NCBI GenBank assembly: GCA_010093605.1
Contig: MU004185.1
Coordinates: forward strand, 2,067,334 to 2,131,333
DNA from: Lophium mytilinum
Lineage: Eukaryota
DNA: 64,000 nt
Direction: 5' to 3'
A program made the translations under genes and the position numbers. Below the pieces are notes generated by a model, which was given only the letters and a program-made list of their open reading frames with translations, made no database searches and was not told the origin of the DNA. Of the stretch, positions 56,111 through 64,000 are shown one piece after another. Position 1 is the first letter of the stretch, and every line of letters begins with the position of its first letter.

Positions 56111-57937
56111 CGGCACCTCTTCATCACTATCACCCCCAAACCCAAAGAAGAACCCCCCGCCACCCCCCTCCGCATCGTCTTTTTGAACCAATTGCTCCCA
56201 TTTCTCGCTTCTAGCAACCACTTTTGCCCCATCCTGCTTCTTCAGCTCTTTCAGCCCCTCTGCCAGCACTTCTGGGGCTTCTTCTCCCAGTTTCTCTACG
56301 AATAGCTTGTATGGATCTGTCACTTCGTCCTTGAAGCCACTCGCTTGGTCGCCTGTATCTCTTAGGAAGCGTAGCACGTCCGCTACGTGCCTCCGCGGCA
56401 CAAAATTTTGCGTCAGCGCGAGGCTTTCGTCTAGATTTAGGACCAAGTGGAACCAGCCGGAGGGCACGTGGAGGACCTCTCCTGCGTAACATATTGCCTC
56501 ACGGCAGCCGGGCGTGCGGCGCGCGAGGGCGTGGAAGGAGAGGAGGTACTCCGCGATGCTGAGAGGCGACGTGATCTCCGACGCATCGGCGGAGAGGATC
56601 ACGCCGGGGGGCGGGGCGGTGGTGGGGGAGGAGGGGAACATGAGCCAGTACTTCGAGCCCGTCAACACAGCGTTCCAGGCGCTGGTGGCGTTGGGGTCTT
56701 TGTGGAAGGTGCTGCCGCTGCGGGCAGGGCCCATGATCATCCAGCGGCAGTCCGGGCGCTGGGCGCCGAGGACGCTGAAGAGGTCTTCGCCGAAGCAGGT
56801 GGGAGGCCAGTAGGAGGCGTGGGGGTCGTCGCGGCCGACGGTGATGGAGAGCTTTTCGACGAAGGCGCGGTCGAAGAGGTAGAGGGGGGATTCGTCGAGG
56901 CTGTTGTTCATGTAGGCGGTGTAGACGTTGAGTGGCCAGTCGACGGCTTCGGCGCGGATTTTGACGTTGGGGTATTTGGCGAGGAGGGTTGAGGGCGTCC
57001 AGTTGTTGTAGATGGGCCATTGTTTGACGGGGGAGGTGAGGATGTAGGGCTGGTCGGTCCAGGAGTCGGAGAATTCTTCGGGGGTTAAGTCGGAGAGGCG
57101 AGGGATGGCGTTGCGCGAAGGGATGTTCGTAGTGTAGGGCTCCAATGGTGTGTAAGTACAGTGGAAGGGCCGATAAAGAACGTCAGAGAACAGGTTTCTG
57201 CAGGAGACGAGGGAGGTGTGCGAAGCTGGAAGACGGAGATAGGTCGATCGCCATGTTCCGTTCCACACGAAGTCTTCTGGTGGTGATCTGAGATCCTGAT
57301 TAGCGGTGCTCTCCGATCGGTTGCGTAGCTTTGGTGGTGGACCCGTGAGACAGAAAGATAAGTCTGAACATGAAAGCGTAAGAGCGACAGAAGACTACGA
57401 AAGAAGAGTACGGAAGAGGACATGATTGGAGGATCTACTATATGGCTAGATATTCCGCCAAGGTAAACGTCGTTTGATGCCAAAAATTATAGACTAAAGA
57501 AGCAAACGACGAAAAGAGCTGTTGAGTAGCTATAAAATCTATATACCCCCTTCGGAAACACATGAGAAGAGAAATAAAACATACTCTATAAACAGAGTCC
57601 TCCACAGTTCCTCGAGCCTTGTAAACGCATAGAACGCCTTGCACGTGCTCCCGAGTCTCACTAGATCCTGGGCATCTAGGCCCTCCAACAGAGTTATGAG
57701 TAACTCATCGGGAATCCTTGCAAACGGCCCACATGCCCTCTTGATATCATGGGAGGCTGTGTATGCATTCCCGGAAGGCCTGATGCCTAGTGGGTGACTC
57801 GGAATAGTCACAGCGTCTCTATCCTCAGCATCACTCTCGACGGGAGCAGCTTTGAGCTTTATTCTCTTCGCTGTTCGGCCAAAATCCTCCTCTTCGATGT
57901 GAGCAAAGCCGTCCACAGGCACCGCGGAGGGCGCCAT
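56108..57937 (-). CDS. F-box + JmjC domain protein (JMJD6-like)
   Basis: F-box ARIPDELLITLLEGLDAQDLVRLGSTCKAFY; JmjC DESPLYLFD, RPDCRWMIMGPARSGSTFHKDPNATSAWNAVLTGSKYW, GEVLHVPSGWFHLVLNL; intron at ~57288-57584. Confidence 0.92.
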
Positions 57938-58442
57938 GCTCGCTATCCCGAATGCGATCAAAGGAGCAGGAACAATATGAAGGACGCCCACGGCTGGATG
58001 GCGCCAGCAGCAGTCCTACGATGACACACAGGCCCGGTCAGTACCTAGGAAATCCTGCAGTTAGCCACGGAGAGTGAAGAGTCATCGCCACCTGTGAGCC
58101 TGTGAGCCGTGGATGCTGGCAGTGACTTTTGTGGTGCTAGACTGTGGCGCTTGGGCCATTTCCGGGTTAGCGCCCTTTGGATAATTTTACAAACTTCTCT
58201 CCAGCGACGCCCGCCTCTTCTTCTCTCCCTCACCAACCAACTCAACAACACAACCAACAAATACAACCTTTCACACTAGATCCATCGACTCTCATACACG
58301 AGAGTCAGGTTTCTAGTCCCAGTACAACTTCACTTCACTCCGCGGCGGGTTCCACGAGAATCTCCACCGCTTTCAGCCCCGCCACTACCTTCTTCCACGA
58401 TCACAGCGCTGCGCCTGTGGTCCCTATTGTCTAATCGCAATC

Positions 58443-59566
58443 ATGGCTGAAAAAGGACTCGAGGACGTCCCCGAGAGTAGGTCTACCAGCTTTTCATATA
58501 CTCTTTTGCACCTGGAACTTCTGTCTGCTCTGAGCGCGCCCTCTTCCTCCCATTTTGCAGTCTCTAACCGCCGCCACCAACCCAACAGGTCAGATCGAGT
58601 CGAACTACGATGAGACCACCGACTCCTTCGATGCGATGAACCTGAAGGCCGAGCTCCTTCGCGGAGTCTACGCCTACGGTTTCGAGCGCCCGTCTGCGAT
58701 CCAGCAGCGCGCTATCATGCCCGTTATCAAGGGTAAGTCCACATCACCCCACGAGGTGAATGTGAGGTTCTAACACCACCTCTCCAGGACATGATGTCAT
58801 TGCTCAAGCTCAGTCCGGTACTGGCAAGACTGCGACCTTCTCCATCTCGGTCCTCCAGAAGCTCGACCCGAACATCAAGGCCTGCCAGGCCCTCATCCTC
58901 GCCCCCACCCGCGAGTTGGCCCAACAAATCCAGAAGGTCGTGGTTGCCATCGGCGACTTCATGAACGTCGAGTGCCACGCCTGTATTGGTGGCACCAGCG
59001 TCCGTGATGATATGAAGGCTCTGCAGGAAGGTCCCCAGGTCGTTGTCGGTACCCCCGGCCGTGTCCAGGACATGATCCAGCGTCGTGTCCTCAAGACCGA
59101 CCACATGAAGATGTTCGTCCTCGATGAGGCTGACGAGATGTTGTCCCGTGGGTTCACCGAGCAGATCTACGACATCTTCCAGCTTCTGCCGCAGTCCACC
59201 CAGGTTGTCCTCCTCTCGGCCACCATGCCCCAGGACGTCTTGGAAGTCACCACCAAGTTCATGCGCGACCCGATCCGCATTCTCGTCAAGAAGGATGAGC
59301 TTACCCTGGAAGGTATCAAGCAATTCTACATTGCCGTCGAGAAGGAAGATTGGAAGCTCGACACGCTCTCCGATCTCTACGAGACCGTTACGATCACCCA
59401 AGCCGTTATCTTCTGCAACACCCGTAGGAAGGTCGACTGGCTCACCGACAAGCTCACTGCTCGTGACTTTACCGTCTCCGCCATGCATGGCGACATGGAC
59501 CAGGGCCAGCGTGACGTTATCATGAAGGAGTTCCGTTCCGGTTCTTCTCGTGTTCTGATCGCCACT

Positions 59567-59601
<35 letters not shown>

Positions 59602-59861
59602 GTCCCTTGTCATCAACTACGACTTGCCTGCCAACCGCGAGAACTACATTCACAGGATCGGTCGTGGTGGTCGTTTCGGACGCAAGGGCGTTGCCATCAA
59701 TTTCGTCACCGCCGAGGATGTGCGCATGATGCGCGAGATCGAACAGTTCTACAGCACTCAAATCGAGGAGATGCCCATGAACGTCGCTGGTAAGTCGGGG
59801 ATCATGCCCCTCGACCTGACGAAATGCAGTTTGCTGATACATTTGAACAGACTTGATCTAA
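58443..59861 (+). CDS. TIF1: Translation initiation factor eIF4A (DEAD-box helicase)
   Basis: [73 protein letters not shown]; 3 introns. Confidence 0.98.
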
Positions 59862-60631
59862 GTATTGATCTACAAGAGGGCCCTATTTCACATCAATGCC
59901 AGCATTATGCTCCGCTGGTACCTTGATTTCTGATCTGGTGGCTCTTTATGCGTGTATCGTCTGCCTGGCGTTGGGCGACACAACCCTTCCATTCGGAACA
60001 AAAAGCGTGAGAGGGGAGGCACTTACATCATGGCATCTCGGCGTTTGTCGATTCCTTTGTGAATTGCTCCCTTTACAACGCATCATGATCATGATGGGTA
60101 GAAAACGGGGACACTGCTGATTGTTTATTCCGTCGAGAGAACCTGCTTCCTACTTGTTCATTCTCCTTTCTCCATCCATGCGGCTCTGTATCTAGGGATT
60201 GCTGGTCCTTTTGGTTATCTTGGCACGGCCGTGGAAGCTATTTCCACTTTAGACGTGTCATCGATGACGATAATGGTCTTTTCTTTGCTATAGAGTGGTC
60301 TATCTGAATTATATTCGGTCTGCCTTGTTGTGCTCTGTTCTGTGATTGTGACATGTTCGCTGCCGACTCACAAAAATAGTGGACGTTCTTTGATTTATAT
60401 CAAGCTTCCGACATGCAAGCAGACTGCCATCACGCAAGCTGTCACTGCAATGCATATCCCATAGCAGCATATCATCAATATCATTGATAACACCTATAAC
60501 CTCTAACGAATAACTTAAGCCGCCCATTAGTCTCCAAACCCAGCGCCGCAGCGCATGAAAACCGGACGCCTCCCCATCCTCTGGGGGCAAATGACACAAA
60601 AGATGCAGCCTTTCACGCTCTATCAACCATT

Positions 60632-61977
60632 TCAAGCAGCCACCACCCCTTCCTTCTCCATATCCTTCACAAACCTCTCCCACGTCTCGATCGTGCCCTG
60701 AAAGAAGCCGATATGCGCATCCGCTAAATCCCCCAGCGTATCCTTAAACTCAACCGCCTTGATACGCTCGAAATCCGCGACCTCCTTGACCGTCTGCTCG
60801 TCAAACGCCTCGGTCGCCTTCTTCGCCATCTCGACCTCCCGCGTCAGCCGCTCGATGTCGATCTCGAGCTTGCGCAACCGCTGCCGCCGCGCCTGCTCGT
60901 GGTCCACGCCCCTCACGTCCTCGAGCTTACTGCGCAGATAGCCGCTCGCGCCCAGCCCACTCGAGCCGGACTGCGACGCCAGACTATCGCGATCCCCCGC
61001 CGCTTTCGCGAGGTAGTCCGTCAGCGCCTCGAAGTCGAGCTGCTTCTGCTCGCGCGTCTTCAGCAGCCCCTTAAGCGCAACGATGTACGCCTCCATATCG
61101 CGCAGCGAGCCGAGATAGTTCTGGTCCGTGTGCTCCTTCAGCCCGCGCAGCCCCACCGACGTCGTCTCGACGCTCGCCGCGAACCCCGTCAGCGCGGACC
61201 CCACGCCAGGCTCCAGCGTGTTCAGCTTCTGGCACTGCGTCGCGAGGTCGCCGTAGTCCGTCTCCAGATCCGCCTGCCGCCGCGCGACCCGCGCCGTCAC
61301 TTTCTCGACGTTGCTGAGGTCCTCGTCCAGCTTGGTCGCGCGCTCTTTGACTTCGACGAAGCGCTTGTCCGCTTTGTGCACTTTGGTGAAGGCGTTGACG
61401 AAGGTGTCGGCGAGCGTGTTGATTAGCCCGGAGTCGGCGTCGGCGTCGGCGGCTGCGTGCGACATGCTTGCGCCGCGGAGGGGCCGGCCTTTCATGGTTT
61501 GGTTCCAGTCGGAGCTTTCGAGGAAGAGGATGAGGAGCATCGCGCGGCGGAGGACGGGGTGCAGGGTTAGCCGCGCGAGGAAGCGGTGCAGGCTGTGCGC
61601 GCGGCCTTGGGTGAAGTCGGGCCCGAAGCGGTCGCCGCGGACGTAGGCGAGCTTGTGCTTATCTGGGAGGGGTGGGACGGCGCATTGGGGGTACTCGCGC
61701 GAGAGGGTTTTGAAGAGGAAGACGAAGTCGGTGAAGCGGCGGCGGACGGCGAAGGAGGGGCGTTGGAAGGATTGGAAGTCGGACTGGGAGGCGGAGAAGG
61801 GGTCAGTAAGGGAAGGTGCAAGAGGGTGGAGGAGAGGAGGTAGGGCACCTTTGTGGAGACGAGGTAAGAGATGTAGGCGTCTTTGGTGCCATCGAGTTCT
61901 TTCTGCGGCTGGGAAACGGTGCACTCCAGACGGCCCTCGGAGAAATCCTCGGTGTCGTAGGTGGGCTGGCCGTCCAT
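60632..61977 (-). CDS. SNX4: Sorting nexin 4 / Atg24 (PX-BAR)
   Basis: PQKELDGTKDAYISYLVSTK|intron 61784-61848|...VRRRFTDFVFL...YPQCAVPPLPDKHK...VRGDRFGPDF; BAR region REQKQLDFEAL, EVADFERIKAVEFK. Confidence 0.93.
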
Positions 61978-62575
61978 GCTGGGCAGAGGACTGGGTTGTA
62001 ACCGTGGTTGGCGGTCGCTGGAGGGCGGTGTTGTGGTATGATGTATGTTGAGAGAGGTCAGAGAGCTTCAGAGGCGAGTCGGCATTGCGTAGTGGAGGGG
62101 CCGACCCTTGAAGCTTGCTGCCAGGGTCTTTGAACAGAAAGTGGCAGTCAACCAGTTTTTGATTATGATACACGCCGACTCCACGATTATGAATACTTGC
62201 CTAGCATTGATTGACGTCCTCTGTTACGGCATCACAACTTAGAATTAGCGGCTTTGACAAGGCCGATAGCTCTCTGGGCCACCTCAGGTGGAATCAAACT
62301 GGACTGCCACTTTATGTTTAGCGAAGCTTGCCTGCCCTCAATGTAAAAGAGGACTCGAAGGAAGTATCCACAGCGCATCATCACTTTCTCAATGGCATTG
62401 ATAGAAATAGAGCGCGCCGTGCTGATACAAATAATCACCCCACAGTGGGTAAATCTCTGGCCTGGCTGCTGTAATGTGCCTAGGGAATATATACAAGTGA
62501 ACAGAACCCAGCAGTCAGCCGGACTATTGACGCGGATAAACAATAACTCAACCCAAAAACGCCTGGCTGACCTCT

Positions 62576-63432
62576 CTAATTGTCGAGAGCGCCAAACCTT
62601 CTCCCAAACTCCTTGATAAGACGAGGTGTGATCTCGTCACTGCTGTTCCCTCGGACGTTCCATAGAACGCCCATTTTATCATAATGCTCCAGGAGGGGTA
62701 GACTCGTCTCCTTGAAGTTCTTCAACCGCGCCTTCCATACTTCCGGGTCGTCGTCTTCCCTTCGTGTCAAGGGCTCGCCGGTAACATCATCCTTACCCTC
62801 AACCTTGGGCGCATTGAAAGTCGTGTTGTAGACTCGCCCGGATGGCGCGTGCACCCACCGATTACAAATCCGGTCGATGATTATGTCGGTGGGTGTGTCA
62901 AGATTGACCACGAGGTTGATGGGTATGAGGTCGTCCAGTTGAGCCGCTTGGGCAGCCGTGCGTGGAAAGCCGTCCAAGATGAAGGACGCTGAGGGATGGT
63001 CCGAATAGTTGTACTTGCTGGTGCGCAGCCCGGACGGGATGAAGACGGAGTCCACGGTGTCATCCTGGTCCATCCCGATAGACGACGAGTAGACAGTATA
63101 GGGTCTGATGGTGTCGTTGGTGAGCCAGCCGCGGTTCGTGAGTTCATTTATGATTAGGCGGAGTATCATGGTGTCTGGGACCAGTGCGCCGGCCTTCATC
63201 TTGGACTCGGCTTGGATACCTGCGGCGAACAAGTTGTCAGACGTGAACGAATGCGTTCGAATACTCGGTACGTACCCAGAGGAGTGCGTTCCCGGACATT
63301 CTTCCTCAAAAGGTCGCCCGAGCTGATCGAGGCCAATTCCGGGAACTTTCTCATCAGACGATCGGTCTGGGTGCCCTTGCCGACGCCGGGTGCGCCCACG
63401 AGGATGATGCGGGCGGCGCGCGTGAGAGACAT
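62576..63432 (-). CDS. ADK2: Mitochondrial GTP:AMP phosphotransferase (adenylate kinase 3 type)
   Basis: ILVGAPGVGKGTQ, SSGDLLR, GALVPD, FILDGFPRT, RWVHAPSGRVYNTTFNAPKVEGKDDVTGEPLTRREDD; one intron at ~63220-63273. Confidence 0.93.
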
Positions 63433-64000
63433 GGTGGGTAAGGGCCGTCTGGTCGTAACGACTCGAGGAAACGTGGATAAAGATATATTCCTCTCGCGAC
63501 ACCGGGGGAATGGGCGCTCGCAGGGCCAAAGGGAAGTACACCGGAGGCTATCGGAAATGCATAGTGAAAGTAATATGTAGGTAGTGATACAGTGCAGCCG
63601 TTATACAAGGTGAGGACAGCGTGGACCCGGCGTGAGACACAAAGCAAACGAGGAAGATGAAGATATTGAGGTCGAAGCGTGCATGGTGATGAGGGGAACC
63701 GGAGGATCGTCATTTGTTGAGGCGCGCCTGGAGCACCGATCGCAAGCCGAGCCCTCCGGCACGCCGCCAACCTGGGGCGTATGGGCGTTCAAGCGGGCAG
63801 CACGGGATGATGAGGGCTTGGCTGGGCCCTGTTCCTGGGTGCAAATCCACGCCAGGCCGAAGCCGACGGCCTGCGCAAACTGCACTTTGTCAACCTTCTT
63901 CCACCATCACTCCTTCATCACCCGCCCTTCGCCCCAACCTTTTGCATCTTCACCAACTGCTGTGTAAACACACCTTTTCTTTCTTTCGTCTGATAGTCGC

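Noticed and set aside
58727..59842. Long antisense ORFs opposite eIF4A (also opposite pirin 18310-19137, 48260-49165 and 51922-52752)
   Set aside because: Shadow ORFs produced by strong codon bias or GC content of the sense gene; no recognisable motifs.
61978..62173. N-terminal extension of the 513-aa SNX4 ORF
   Set aside because: The conserved N-terminus is in another frame (ATG 61977) and joins via intron 61784-61848.

Overview
Eukaryotic DNA from a filamentous ascomycete: intron-containing genes with GT-AG ends and CTRAC branch sites, plus RIP-mutated transposons. A Dothideomycete origin is my guess, not shown. The housekeeping backbone is RPS15, SEC10, NUS1, pirin, AMD1, TVP38, a CCCH-Smr protein, an FAH-family hydrolase, a PWI/SR protein, an F-box-JmjC protein, eIF4A, SNX4 and ADK2. 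It is interrupted by accessory blocks. (i) ~1.3-9 kb: an atypical six-Cys zinc-cluster gene, a BTB gene and a ~1,300-aa B-box / GBP-like P-loop GTPase / RING / patatin fusion next to SEC10; the first two genes share a duplicated promoter-first-intron cassette. (ii) A complete RIP-inactivated Mutator element (14981-17832). (iii) A tandem triplet of CHORD-like zinc-finger genes with conserved double MCB boxes. (iv) ~28-43 kb: a RIP-inactivated Tc1-like D(38)E element with an unusual CCT duplication, a minisatellite, and a head-to-head APH-kinase/HET pair. Two related MITEs and two degenerate long-period tandem repeats (107 bp and ~184 bp) were also found. No intact rRNA, tRNA or CRISPR array was seen. 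Intron coordinates were read by hand and may be off by a few bases.
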